The notes beneath the pieces were generated by a model that worked only from the letters and a program-made list of their open reading frames with translations, searched no databases and was not told the origin of the DNA. Positions 1 to 9,429 of a stretch of DNA of 64,000 nt are shown piece by piece. The stretch comes from Escherichia phage Eps7. Both the position numbers and the translations under genes were made by a program. Where the stretch lies: sequence record NC_010583.1; one strand, written 5' to 3'. How positions within the stretch are numbered: the stretch's first letter is position 1; each line of letters opens with the position of its first letter.

Positions 1-33
1 CATAATTATGTCCTTTATTGTTGTAGAAAACTA

Positions 34-246
34 TTAAAGAGCTGTCTCTTTAATAGACTCCCACTGTTTGGGGTCTTTCAGAGGAAGTTCCTCTTCTTCA
101 AACAGGTCTGTTCCATTTTCACTAACATCCCAGTTTTCTTCCATGATTTCTTCTAGAAGCTCATGTTTAGAAAGACGAGTGTAGTCTCTAGCAGACTTGT
201 GAGTGCTAGCACGGTTAAAATCATTCTTTGCAACGAAGTTACGCAT
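34..246 (-). CDS. hypothetical protein (70 aa, acidic)
   Basis: ORF followed by a GC hairpin; RBS-like GGAGAAACT upstream of the ATG on the minus strand. Confidence 0.4.
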   Translation of the reverse strand: MRNFVAKNDFNRASTHKSARDYTRLSKHELLEEIMEENWDVSENGTDLFEEEELPLKDPKQWESIKETAL

Positions 247-261
247 AGTTTCTCCAAATAA

Positions 262-279
262 GAGGGGCTTTCGCCCCCT
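262..279 (-). terminator. GGGGC-TTTC-GCCCC hairpin (GAAA tetraloop on the minus-strand RNA) followed by a T-rich tract
   Basis: perfect 5-bp GC stem with tetraloop; the transcript continues UCUUAUUUGG. Confidence 0.5.
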
Positions 280-287
280 GATTTAAA

Positions 288-503
288 TTACTTGCCCAGC
301 AGTTTAAGGATATTTTCCTTAATAGTTTGAGCAGATTTTTCACTCTTATTGGTTTCAGCCAGTTTCAGAGCGAGTTCTTCCTGCTGTTTCTGAATATCAG
401 CAGCAGTTTTCTGGTCAGCTTCAATACGAGCTTGAAGTTCATCAGTAATAGTGGTAAAGGAAGCAACGATTTCAGTAACGGAACGTGGTTTCTTAGAGAA
501 CAT
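288..503 (-). CDS. hypothetical protein (71 aa, coiled-coil-like)
   Basis: ORF with AAGGA RBS upstream; terminator hairpin immediately downstream. Confidence 0.45.
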   Translation of the reverse strand: MFSKKPRSVTEIVASFTTITDELQARIEADQKTAADIQKQQEELALKLAETNKSEKSAQTIKENILKLLGK

Positions 504-540
504 AAAAATATCCTTAATTAGTCAGAGAAAGAGTTAGTAT

Positions 541-557
541 ATGGGGCTTTCGCCCCA
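541..557 (-). terminator. second copy of the GGGGC-TTTC-GCCCC hairpin
   Basis: ATGGGGCTTTCGCCCCAT lies directly 3' of the 565..1080 gene on the minus strand. Confidence 0.4.
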
Positions 558-564
558 TCAATCA

Positions 565-1080
565 TTACTTCGCTTTACGCTTACGAGTAGGTTTAGCGGA
601 TTTACGATCAGAAGCACCAGTAAACTTAATACCGATACCGTAGCACAGAGCGCGAACGTTGTCACGGCTATACTCTACACCGAAAATATTCGGTTTAACG
701 GAGCCAAACTGTCCACGGGATTCACGCATTACGTCAGCCATTGGCTTACGCTTCTGATTGACTGCTTTTTCGTAGTCTTTCAGAGCCATACCGTTGCGGG
801 CGAACATCTCAGCACCGCCGTTAAAGCTCAGAGTTACCGGTACAGACTTATGACCTTCACCCTTGATGAACACAACCTGCTTAGCAGTTGCGCGAGTAGA
901 GTTCTTGGCCTTCGGCTTCTGGCGAACCGGAGCCGCAGACTTCAGGGCAGTCTGAGCCTGAGCATCAGTAGGATGCTTACGCAGATGACGTTCCAGACGA
1001 GCCTTACGATTGGCTTCGGTCTGAGCGAAAGTTTTAACTGCCGGAGCTGCCTGAGTTTTTGCGTTTTTCTGCTTAGCCAT
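565..1080 (-). CDS. basic (Lys/Arg/Ala-rich) protein, probably highly expressed; function unknown, possibly nucleic-acid binding
   Basis: 171-aa ORF with E. coli-optimal codons (CTG, CGT, GGT) and higher GC than neighbours; strong T5-type promoter just upstream. Confidence 0.6.
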   Translation of the reverse strand: MAKQKNAKTQAAPAVKTFAQTEANRKARLERHLRKHPTDAQAQTALKSAAPVRQKPKAKNSTRATAKQVVFIKGEGHKSVPVTLSFNGGAEMFARNGMALKDYEKAVNQKRKPMADVMRESRGQFGSVKPNIFGVEYSRDNVRALCYGIGIKFTGASDRKSAKPTRKRKAK

Positions 1081-1118
1081 TATTTGTTTTCCTTTTTGTT
1101 GATCAATTTATGAGATAT

Positions 1119-1147
1119 ATTATACGAAATTTTGAAGCGTTTAGCAA
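1119..1147 (-). promoter_or_regulatory. sigma70-type promoter (TTGCTA-17-TATAAT) with the T5-like downstream box ATATCTCATAAATTGA
   Basis: read on the minus strand; -35 complement at 1142-1147, -10 complement at 1119-1124. Confidence 0.6.
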
Positions 1148-1163
1148 ATGAATTTTTTAAAAA

Positions 1164-1442
1164 TTATCTGCCGATCATCTTAGCTTGTTCCTCACTGGAA
1201 ACGTACTGATAACCACCCTTATTGTATGCAGGAGCAGTACACAGTTTCTTACGCTCAATTTCTTCTTGAGCCTTGCGTTCCCTTTCGGCTAACTCTTCAT
1301 CTAGGTAAATTAGACGTTGCTCCGGAGGTGGTGGAAGCCTAGTTTCTGGCTCACCAATATTTGCCTTTCTGATCTGACGCGGAGATTGTGCGCGTTTTCT
1401 CAAAGGTTTAAATCCTAATGAATTTGAGTTGTAAATTCGCAT
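1164..1442 (-). CDS. hypothetical protein (92 aa)
   Basis: ORF with GAGGAGGG RBS; promoter TTGCTT-17-TATAAT upstream. Confidence 0.5.
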   Translation of the reverse strand: MRIYNSNSLGFKPLRKRAQSPRQIRKANIGEPETRLPPPPEQRLIYLDEELAERERKAQEEIERKKLCTAPAYNKGGYQYVSSEEQAKMIGR

Positions 1443-1467
1443 AAAGCCCTCCTCACTTTCAATACGA

Positions 1468-1496
1468 ATATTATACTAAATTAGAGGGCTTTAAGC
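1468..1496 (-). promoter_or_regulatory. sigma70-type promoter TTGCTT-17-TATAAT
   Basis: minus strand reads ACTTGCTTAAAGCCCTCTAATTTAGTATAATATTCG. Confidence 0.55.
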
Positions 1497-1518
1497 AAGT
1501 GAATTTTTAATTTATTTA

Positions 1519-2007
1519 TTACATCTCAGCAAGTTCTTGCTCAGTAATTACAGTATTGCATAGAGCATCAACTTCTTCATTACCACGAATACCTGAGTGA
1601 CCTTTAACCTTAACAAAGGTTGGATTGGTATCATGGAAGTTAATATACTGTTGAGTTAGTTTAAATGCTTCTTGCCAGAGTTCTAGATTAAGAGGAGTTT
1701 CACCATCTCCCTTCTTCCAGCCTTTCTTCTGCCAAGACCACATCCAGCTTTCCATACCATTTTTGCAGTAAGCAGAATCAGTGTAGATAATTACTGGACG
1801 ATTATCTTTCTTAGTAGACCAACGAAGAACTTCTACAATTGCAGTAAGTTCCATTTCGTTATTAGTAGTTTTAGGGCTGAAGCCAGATTTAGAGCCAATA
1901 CGATCATCATTATCATTATAGACAACGAATCCCCACGCACCTAAACCAGGATTGCCTTTACATGCACCATCTGTATATATGTGGAAAACCGACATTATTT
2001 GCTCCAA
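1519..2007 (-). CDS. rnh: ribonuclease H (RNase HI family)
   Basis: N-terminal YTDGACKGNPG motif, TNNEMEL, and C-terminal KGHSG..GNE..D motif; 162 aa. Confidence 0.9.
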   Translation of the reverse strand: MEQIMSVFHIYTDGACKGNPGLGAWGFVVYNDNDDRIGSKSGFSPKTTNNEMELTAIVEVLRWSTKKDNRPVIIYTDSAYCKNGMESWMWSWQKKGWKKGDGETPLNLELWQEAFKLTQQYINFHDTNPTFVKVKGHSGIRGNEEVDALCNTVITEQELAEM

Positions 2008-2264
2008 TCAATTTCAAGCCAAAAACCTTCACGCTGTTCATACTTAGCTTCTACAACATAACCTAGTTTGCTAAGTTTTTGCATGACGCTATTTCTAGCG
2101 TTTTCTGAGTATTCAGTTAATCCCTGGATGTGACAGTTAAATTCTTTATCTTTAATAGCTTTGTCAATCTCTACGGCAATAAGTGATTCTAGGTCAATTA
2201 CTTCCTTTTTAATGCTAGCAATAGTATTTTGTTTTGCTTCTAAAGCAGATAAAAGAATAGACAT
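1995..2264 (-). CDS. hypothetical protein (89 aa)
   Basis: ORF overlapping the rnh start by 13 nt (translational coupling). Confidence 0.45.
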   Translation of the reverse strand: MSILLSALEAKQNTIASIKKEVIDLESLIAVEIDKAIKDKEFNCHIQGLTEYSENARNSVMQKLSKLGYVVEAKYEQREGFWLEIDWSK

Positions 2265-2266
2265 AT

Positions 2267-2845
2267 TTATTCTCCAATTACTAAAACATCATGTTGGGAA
2301 GATACACCACACATATAATCTGCACAATGCGTAAAAGCCAGATCAATGATTTCAAATATATCATCTACATCTAAATCTGTGGCTCGACAATCCGCAATAG
2401 CTAAACCTGTACGAATACTGGAAAGTACATCTTCTCCTCCACAGCCTACACCGGCATATTCAACTTCTAGAATAGAAGCATTAGATTGGAAAATAAAGAT
2501 TCTTCCTTTGTAGAGCATAATAAATTGTCCCAGATTAGGTTCAGCATATTTTTCATTTTTCTTTTCGCCAAAATCTTTCTGGTTAAACATATCACGTAAT
2601 TTAGGTACTATTTCCGTATATAAATATTTATCATCGGAAATATCTGCTAAACGTGGTGGTACAGTAAAGCTATGCTCTAGTAATTGTCCCATGTAGAAGG
2701 AACTAGTGTATCCGAAGTACAAATCATCAGAGATTTTGAATACTTTCGGATTTTTAACCAGCAGTTTCGTATAGCCATTAGAACCCATACGATCACCAGC
2801 TAAGTATACTTTATCTTTATATTTAAATGCTACTATGGCTGTCAT
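2267..2845 (-). CDS. HslV/proteasome beta-like Ntn-hydrolase peptidase
   Basis: MTAIVAF..VYLAGDRMGS N-terminus (Thr2 nucleophile, AGD) and GVGCGGED matching the HslV GSGG region; 192 aa. Confidence 0.7.
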   Translation of the reverse strand: MTAIVAFKYKDKVYLAGDRMGSNGYTKLLVKNPKVFKISDDLYFGYTSSFYMGQLLEHSFTVPPRLADISDDKYLYTEIVPKLRDMFNQKDFGEKKNEKYAEPNLGQFIMLYKGRIFIFQSNASILEVEYAGVGCGGEDVLSSIRTGLAIADCRATDLDVDDIFEIIDLAFTHCADYMCGVSSQHDVLVIGE

Positions 2846-2875
2846 TATTAAATCCTTCTGTCAAATTAGAAGTAT

Positions 2876-2904
2876 ATTATATTTGAATTTCACTCAGTAA
2901 GCAA
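2876..2904 (-). promoter_or_regulatory. sigma70-type promoter TTGCTT-17-TATAAT
   Basis: minus strand reads CATTTGCTTACTGAGTGAAATTCAAATATAAT, upstream of an AAGGAT RBS. Confidence 0.55.
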
Positions 2905-2920
2905 ATGAAATTTAAATATA

Positions 2921-2938
2921 ATAGCCCCGAAGGGCTAT
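2921..2938 (-). terminator. hairpin with UUCG tetraloop, followed by a T-rich tract
   Basis: ATAGCCCCGAAGGGCTAT; minus-strand RNA forms C(UUCG)G stem-loop then UUAUAUUU. Confidence 0.5.
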
Positions 2939-2943
2939 TTGAA

Positions 2944-3297
2944 TTAGATTATAATCAAGATTATTAGGGCGTATGTCAGATAATGCAGTAACTGATCAAA
3001 TCCTAAAGCTATCCAAAACTTAGCATCGCTTATAGCATATTTACAGCGTTGTGCTTTCCAATAATCTATAATAAAGTGTAGAATTAATTCCATAATAGCT
3101 AAAGCTATAGACATTCCTGGTGATGTGAATAGGATTAGAATTGCAAATGTTAATCCAGCATGTACTAGCGAATGGGTTAATAATGGAAGTTTCCACCCTA
3201 TTTTATGCGTCTTTCTTAGCATATATGGTGTTTGGAGTGGATAATCGGCCATAAAATGTTTTAGAAAGAATATGACAAATAATAGTATAATTAACAT
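2944..3297 (-). CDS. hypothetical multi-pass membrane protein (His-rich)
   Basis: 117-aa ORF with three or four hydrophobic segments. Confidence 0.5.
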   Translation of the reverse strand: MLIILLFVIFFLKHFMADYPLQTPYMLRKTHKIGWKLPLLTHSLVHAGLTFAILILFTSPGMSIALAIMELILHFIIDYWKAQRCKYAISDAKFWIALGFDQLLHYLTYALIILIII

Positions 3298-3300
3298 ATG

Positions 3301-4155
3301 TTACACCGTAAATGGATATGCAATAGCAGGATGGTGTTCATAGCCACGAACAGTAAAATCATCCTTACTTACCCACGTTAATACATCATCCAAAGTTCTA
3401 ATATTTGGATTGATTTCTAAAGTAGGAGGTGCAAAAGGTTCACGATCGAATTGCTTGTGCTCCATCAGAACATTATACTGATCTTCATAGATATGAAGAT
3501 TAATAATCTTTTGACGAGCAATACCTGGCTTAAGACCTGTAATCTGTGCCATAATAGCTAGAAGTGCATAGCATTGCACCATATTAAATACTTGGCCCAG
3601 CAAGAAATCATTAGACCTCTGGAAAGAGTTTAGGTATAGTGTATCACCTAAAATAGAGAATTGATGGGTATGCATACACGGACGTAGGCATCCTTTACGA
3701 AATTCCCCACGGGTTCCAAAAGTTAAAATTTCTCCACGATCGTCAATCCCTCTTTTCAAATTATGATAGACTTTGGCTAACTGATCAAATACCATACCAT
3801 CAGAATTAGTCCAATGACGTCCTTGAACACCATAGACTCGTCCCATATCATCCTCGCCTTTACGGAATGGATTACCTAGCCAGGCAATATTTTCATTTGC
3901 ATTAGCATTCCATGTATTAACACCAATAGCGCGGAATTGTGCTGCTGAGTCGTACCCACGGAGATATCCGATCATTTCCATTATTGCTTGTTTAGCAAAT
4001 GCTTTACGAGTAGTTACTAGCGGCAGTTCTCCTGCTCCTACGTTAAAGGTAAAGTCTGCATCAATAATGGTTAGGCAACGAACCCCTGTTCTAGGATTCG
4101 TTACCCATACACCCTCTTCAAGAATACGTTTTCCAGTTTCAATATATTGCTTCAT
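3301..4155 (-). CDS. thyA: thymidylate synthase
   Basis: active-site region [10 protein letters not shown] (Cys nucleophile) and overall ThyA-like layout; 284 aa. Confidence 0.95.
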   Translation of the reverse strand: MKQYIETGKRILEEGVWVTNPRTGVRCLTIIDADFTFNVGAGELPLVTTRKAFAKQAIMEMIGYLRGYDSAAQFRAIGVNTWNANANENIAWLGNPFRKGEDDMGRVYGVQGRHWTNSDGMVFDQLAKVYHNLKRGIDDRGEILTFGTRGEFRKGCLRPCMHTHQFSILGDTLYLNSFQRSNDFLLGQVFNMVQCYALLAIMAQITGLKPGIARQKIINLHIYEDQYNVLMEHKQFDREPFAPPTLEINPNIRTLDDVLTWVSKDDFTVRGYEHHPAIAYPFTV

Positions 4156-4680
4156 TTAAATATCACCAATTCTTGTAAGAATGAAAGCGTTTTATCTGCA
4201 TTCTGTCCTGCCACATAGTCCATTCTAGTTGCCATTGAATTATAAGTAATATGATGATGCAGATGTACATCAGCAGATAATGGTGTGGCTGAAGTAATAG
4301 TAGAGATATACGCCATATCTAGATGATTTTTTGACATACATTTCAAGAAGCAGAGTTGCTCCCCCTAATACTACAGTTACCTCTTCCTTGAGAAAATCAG
4401 GCAGACGGTATCCAATGTTGCTTATGCGTGTAGCTGATCTTATAGAGTTCGGTAGTGGTCTATTTGCATAAATAAATAGGTCAGAATCTCCTAGTATTCT
4501 TTTTTGCAGAGTCTCAGGGAATGCTAACCAAGTTCCTGCTCCTACAATAATATTGTCAGGTGCCAGAGAATCCAATGTAGCATAGAAGATATCTAGTTCT
4601 TCTTTGAAAGAACCCCAGGGGAGCTTACCATTGAGGCCGAACTCCCCATTCGGCCCAGTTGCATAGATTGCTGCTATCAT
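4152..4680 (-). CDS. frd: dihydrofolate reductase, interrupted by a frameshift in a homopolymer
   Basis: N-terminal [22 protein letters not shown] and GGATLL motifs; frame is lost at T6 (4327-4332) and a DHFR-like C-terminus resumes in the overlapping 64-aa ORF; total ~166 aa. Confidence 0.8.
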
Positions 4681-5825
4681 TAGAACATATCCTCAAATTC
4701 GTTGCCAAGATCTTTCAGAGTATCAGCAGATGTTTCTGTTACTTGACCTACACGATACGCTGCGCCAATCTGAATCTCTTGCGGAGCAGGTTGTAAAGAT
4801 GTAGTATCCAACCAGTTCATAATCCACGGAATAGGGTTCTTAGTAATTACAGGTAAGTGGCTTGGCCATTCTACACCAATGTGCATAAATGCGTTACGTC
4901 CTACAAAGTAAAGGTATTCTTCAAGCAGTTCTGCGTTCAAACCAATCAGACTGCGGCCTTTAAAGATAAAGTGGCCCCATTCAATCTCAGTTTTCAGAGT
5001 TTTTAGGAGTTGTGTTGGTGCTTTAGCTAATGCTTCATCTACCAGATCTTTATCAAATTGCTGGAACATAATCTGGATGATAGCTTTAGACATTTGAGTA
5101 TGTAGAGCTTCATCTTTAGCGATTAATTGCAGGTTCTTAGCAATACCTTGCAGAATATCGTTCTCTGCTAGAGCAAAGGTACATGCAAAGGATGCGTAGA
5201 ACTGCATTGCTTCCAGACCGTAGATTGCAAAGTAAGCATCTAACAGCTTAGCCTGAGTTTCACGTTTAACTTCAGGGAACTCAGTTTCTGGATAAGTATT
5301 ATCACCACGATGATCACGTACTGCAAGGAAATACTGACCTAACAGATACAATTCATCAAACAGTTCAACAGAATCTGCGATACGTGCAAATGCTTCTTGG
5401 TTTTTAGTTACAGAATCAATAAATTCTGCTGGATCAGTCAGAACGTTACGAATAATATTACTATACGCACGGCTGTGCAGATCTTCGAAGTAGCTCCACT
5501 GCTTGAGCATACCCTCCAATTCAGGACGGCTTACAAGCGGCATAATAGCTGCTTCAGGAGCACGGCTAATGAAAGAATCTGTTTGGGTCTGCCATGCTAA
5601 GTTCAGGAGAGTAATTTCCTGAATATCACGCGGAAGGTTTGGCCATTGTTTCTTATCGGCTTCCAGACTGATTTCAGTTTCAGTCCAAAATTGAGAACGT
5701 TGCAGAAGTGCTAGACGCTCAAGTTCAGGATGTGCTACACGAACGTAATCTGCGATACCAAGAGAATCGCCCAGGAAAAGGTCAGCGTTAGTATGATCCC
5801 AATTCAGGTTTAGTAAAGTAGTCAT
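4680..5825 (-). CDS. nrdB: ribonucleotide reductase class Ia beta subunit
   Basis: collinear with E. coli NrdB (EDLHSRAYS, FYASFA, AKDEALH iron-ligand regions); 381 aa. Confidence 0.95.
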   Translation of the reverse strand: MTTLLNLNWDHTNADLFLGDSLGIADYVRVAHPELERLALLQRSQFWTETEISLEADKKQWPNLPRDIQEITLLNLAWQTQTDSFISRAPEAAIMPLVSRPELEGMLKQWSYFEDLHSRAYSNIIRNVLTDPAEFIDSVTKNQEAFARIADSVELFDELYLLGQYFLAVRDHRGDNTYPETEFPEVKRETQAKLLDAYFAIYGLEAMQFYASFACTFALAENDILQGIAKNLQLIAKDEALHTQMSKAIIQIMFQQFDKDLVDEALAKAPTQLLKTLKTEIEWGHFIFKGRSLIGLNAELLEEYLYFVGRNAFMHIGVEWPSHLPVITKNPIPWIMNWLDTTSLQPAPQEIQIGAAYRVGQVTETSADTLKDLGNEFEDMF

Positions 5826-5856
5826 TGATTTTCCTCTTTCTCACTATTTCAGGAAT

Positions 5857-5885
5857 ATTATAGCAAATCTGGTAGCGATTAGCAA
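5857..5885 (-). promoter_or_regulatory. sigma70-type promoter TTGCTA-17-TATAAT upstream of nrdB
   Basis: minus strand reads ACTTGCTAATCGCTACCAGATTTGCTATAAT. Confidence 0.55.
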
Positions 5886-5891
5886 GTAAAA

Positions 5892-6374
5892 TTATAAACT
5901 ATCAAGCTCCAATAGTTTAGCATCGCGCCATTCTATAGCATCCTCTAATTCTTTAAATGTTTTAGTATGTTTTACACCTTTCCTAGCTATTTGGACTTGA
6001 TAAGATCCACTTGCTTTTTGGTGTATATTTTTAATACCTAACTTATTGTCCTTATGTGCTCCAACGTTCTTTCCATTACTAAATCTGTTAGAGGCTAGTA
6101 AATTAATTGCTCTATTATCATGACGTATTCTATTATCATGATCTACTTCTTTTGGGATGTACCCATGCGTAATATAGAATGCTAGGATATGTGCGTAGTA
6201 TTTTGTACCTCTTACCTGCATTACTATGTATCCTGAGCATTTTTCCAAAGAGCCTGCCTCTTTGCCTGCAAACTTAGTATTAAATGATTTATCTTCTCTA
6301 GGTTTGTGGGTAAAGATTCCGGTTTCTGGATTATAGTCAAATAACTCAGCTATTTCTTTGTATTTTTCTTCCAT
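5892..6374 (-). CDS. HNH homing endonuclease with AP2-type DNA-binding domain
   Basis: HILAFYITHGYIP..VDHDNRIRHDNRAINL (HNH) plus GVKHTKTFKELEDAIEWRD (AP2-like); sits between nrdA and nrdB. Confidence 0.8.
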   Translation of the reverse strand: MEEKYKEIAELFDYNPETGIFTHKPREDKSFNTKFAGKEAGSLEKCSGYIVMQVRGTKYYAHILAFYITHGYIPKEVDHDNRIRHDNRAINLLASNRFSNGKNVGAHKDNKLGIKNIHQKASGSYQVQIARKGVKHTKTFKELEDAIEWRDAKLLELDSL

Positions 6375-6406
6375 AATCTAAAATTACAGCCATTATAGGC
6401 CTAATA

Positions 6407-6425
6407 AAGGGGCTTTCGCCCCTTA
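6407..6425 (-). terminator. third copy of the GGGGC-TTTC-GCCCC hairpin, T-rich on both sides (possibly bidirectional)
   Basis: AAGGGGCTTTCGCCCCTT directly 3' of nrdA. Confidence 0.55.
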
Positions 6426-6429
6426 TTTA

Positions 6430-8822
6430 TTATAATTGACAACCACCAGATGCGCATCCAGCAGCAGCTTCCTCTCCTGCACCTCCACCATTTTCAGTGT
6501 TGAAGTTTGCATAATAAAAGGTTTTCCAACCGTACTTAACAGCAGTCATAAAGTCACGAACTACTACTGGGCCGGGAATGATTTCATTCTCGAACTTGGT
6601 GTAGTCATAGTACATATTCGTACTGATAGACTGGCTGAAGAATTTCTGCATGGTTGCTACCCATTTGATCCACTCGATACGATCTACATCATAAGCCAGT
6701 TTATAGCTCATTAATGTATCCCAATCAGTTGCACCTGGAGCAATTGCAATTACTTTATTAACTGCACTACCCTTGATAGATACGATCTTACGGGGCGGTT
6801 CGATAGAGTTAGTAACACCTAGCAGTACAGAGGAACTTTCACCTGGCATCTGAGCAGTCAGAACAGAGTTGCGCATACCATATTTCAGAATATCTGCACG
6901 CAGAGATTCCCAATCCATTTCTAGACCTACAGTTACCAGTTCATCAACAGTTTTCTTGTACGTGTCGATTACCAGAGTTCCTTGCGAAGGCTTAGTACGA
7001 TTAAACCAGTCACATGCACCTTGTTCTTTAGCCAGACGTACAGAGGCTTTATGTAGGAAGTAGGACAGCTTTTCAGCTTCACGGTGAATCCAGTTACGTG
7101 CTTCAACACCTTCGTAAGCCAAACCTTCTGCTGCCATTGCACCTGCTGCGTTCATCAGACCAATACCAACGTTACGACGTTTCTTAGCCGTGTACTTCCA
7201 TAGTTGGGAATGGGTAATCCTGAATCTCGATGATTGTATCAACGAATTTCAGAAGGATGTAGCAAGTTTTCTCCCATTCAGCCAGAGATTCCATGCGGCC
7301 TAGTACAACACCACCTAAGTTACACAGAGATACTTCACCAATATCTTCTGGACGCATATCGTCTAACTGATCTTGGGTTTTATACAGTTCCGTAACGTGA
7401 TGGAATGGACGGGTGGCTGAGTAATTCAACACAAAAGGGTTGGTCATACGAATCGGGTCAAGGAAGTTACCATGACGGTTAGATTCACCAATGTGATGAG
7501 CATACATACGCCCTGTTTCCATACGGATACGTAACCAAGTATCTAGGATTTCTTTTGCAGAGATTCTAGGAGCTGCTGGAATTGTTTTTCCTTCGTGGTC
7601 GATCTTTGTAAGAGAAGCCACACGTTTCTCCGCTGCCACGTAGATTTCTTCAAACTTAGCCTCATCTTCACCATAAAACGCTTCATGAACTTCTGGTGCG
7701 TAGAAGTAGGACATTAGCGTAATATCTTCGTTTTTCAGGTAACGTTTTAACAGAAGGTTGTTAAAGCTCAGAGAATAATCCATCTTATCGATTTTATTCT
7801 CGTCTGTAGCACGTTGCTGCTTAACCTGCATCAACTGAATGATTTCAGGATCGAAGTATGGATAAGACACAGTAGCAGAACCGCCACGGGTTTGCTGAGT
7901 GTTAGCTTTTACTGATCGGTCAATGTGTCGATAATATGGCAGTTTTCCGGAATGCGGGAATGCCCCATTTCGCACCGGATCAGCAATTGATCGGCTTTCA
8001 AGATGATACCCGATTCCCGCTCTGGCTGCGACCATTTTGAAGACGATGTGCTCGGCTGTGTCGATTGAATCCAGCGTGTCAGTGGAATCCACGAGACAGC
8101 AACTAGCAAATCCACGGTCACTAGAGCGCAGGCCAACCAGTGGCGGCGTAGGAACGTTGATTTTGTGGAGCGACATTGCATTGTAGAGGTCGATTGCATC
8201 TAGGATTGTCCAGTTAGGTTGAGATAACATCGCCATTGCCATACCCATGTAGGCAAACTGCGGGGTTTCATAAATTTCACCAGTTGCAATATTACGACGA
8301 GAATACTTGTCGAAGAACTGTTTCAGTCCACCACTGGTGAATAAACGATCGCGATCATGATCAATAACTTGGTTCAGAGCGTCAAACTGATCATCGCTAA
8401 TCCATGCACTCATGTCTTCCCAGCGCCAACACGAACCATATGATCGTGGAAGAAACGCAGAGAAGGGGTTCAAAGGAATCATATAGGCGTTTACGCATCT
8501 GCGCAAGACGTAATTCCTTTGCTACAGTATCATATGCTGGGTTGTCTTTGATAAGACCTTCAGCGGCTTTAATTAACACATCTTGGAGGGTATCGGAATC
8601 TACAACACCTTTTGGTAGATTTTTCTGGGCAGACATAACGACGGCAGACCAACTTACGTCAGTTGCTTTACATGCCCATGCAGCCCAATCATTGAGTTTT
8701 TCAGGAGCAAAGTCCTGAACAGTACCGTCACGTTTAATTACTTTTTCAATACTATGGCTCATTGGGGTTTCCTTTTTGTAGTTATCAGGATTTAGGAAAT
8801 ATTCTACTTTGTTTTGGGTCAT
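6430..8822 (-). CDS. nrdA: ribonucleotide reductase class Ia alpha subunit, split over three frames by single-base indels
   Basis: ATP-cone N-terminus (8397..8822), catalytic core (7184..8506) and C-terminus GIGLMN..CASGGCQL (6430..7242) are collinear with E. coli NrdA; frame breaks at G4 (8465-8468), CCC (8419-8421) and about 7181-7190. Confidence 0.9.
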
Positions 8823-8885
8823 TATGCAAGTACAATTTTACAGATAAAAAGAGCCCGGATATTTTCATACCCAGGCTCGTCTGTC

Positions 8886-9128
8886 TTACCATTTAAGTTT
8901 ATCGGTTATATCAATTAGCTTCTGTTGTATTTCTCGGTTGAAGAGAATATCTACAGAAGTACTTAGTTCATTATAGTTGAAAGGCCGATTTGGATTAGAG
9001 GCTACAATTTTCCACGCTAGGGTAGTCTTAGGACTTTCTTCCCCTTCCTTACGTGTAATCATGTTAGCAGCACTCAGTGAAGTACGGTGGATCTTAGTTT
9101 TGCGGTGCAGATGTACGACGTTTCCCAT
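8886..9128 (-). CDS. hypothetical protein (80 aa)
   Basis: start overlaps the stop of the upstream PhoH-like ORF (TAATG coupling). Confidence 0.45.
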   Translation of the reverse strand: MGNVVHLHRKTKIHRTSLSAANMITRKEGEESPKTTLAWKIVASNPNRPFNYNELSTSVDILFNREIQQKLIDITDKLKW

Positions 9129-9129
9129 A

Positions 9130-9429
9130 TTACACCTTCCCCATATCCTTAAAGATATCGTAGAATGCTTTAGACTCCGGTGAGCGAACGTTGTCGATCA
9201 GTTCGATCATAGAGAAAGGAGAGTTTTCGTACTTCTCATAGACTTCCATAAGAAGTGCTAGACCTGAATCACCCTTGATGTCTTTCTGAGCTATATCCCC
9301 ACAGATAATTAAACGACAATCTTGTCCTACACGAGTCAGGAGACAGATCATTGCTTCAACGGAGATATTCTGAGCTTCATCGACAATTACATAGGAGTTG
9401 TTGAATGTTGCCACGCTTTCTTGAACCAT
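9130..9429 (-). CDS. PhoH-like ATPase, C-terminal half only (Walker B onward)
   Basis: VIVDEAQN, LTRVG, GDIAQKD, SGL and VRS motifs; no Walker A upstream; an out-of-frame ATG with AGGAG RBS lies at about 9463. Confidence 0.65.
   Translation of the reverse strand: MVQESVATFNNSYVIVDEAQNISVEAMICLLTRVGQDCRLIICGDIAQKDIKGDSGLALLMEVYEKYENSPFSMIELIDNVRSPESKAFYDIFKDMGKV

Noticed and set aside
541-1113. 190-aa plus-strand ORF overlapping the basic-protein gene
   Set aside because: Antisense to a gene with strong codon bias, promoter and RBS on the minus strand; no plus-strand RBS.
7909-8199. 96-aa minus-strand ORF inside nrdA
   Set aside because: Alternative frame within the nrdA catalytic core; nrdA homology is in another frame.
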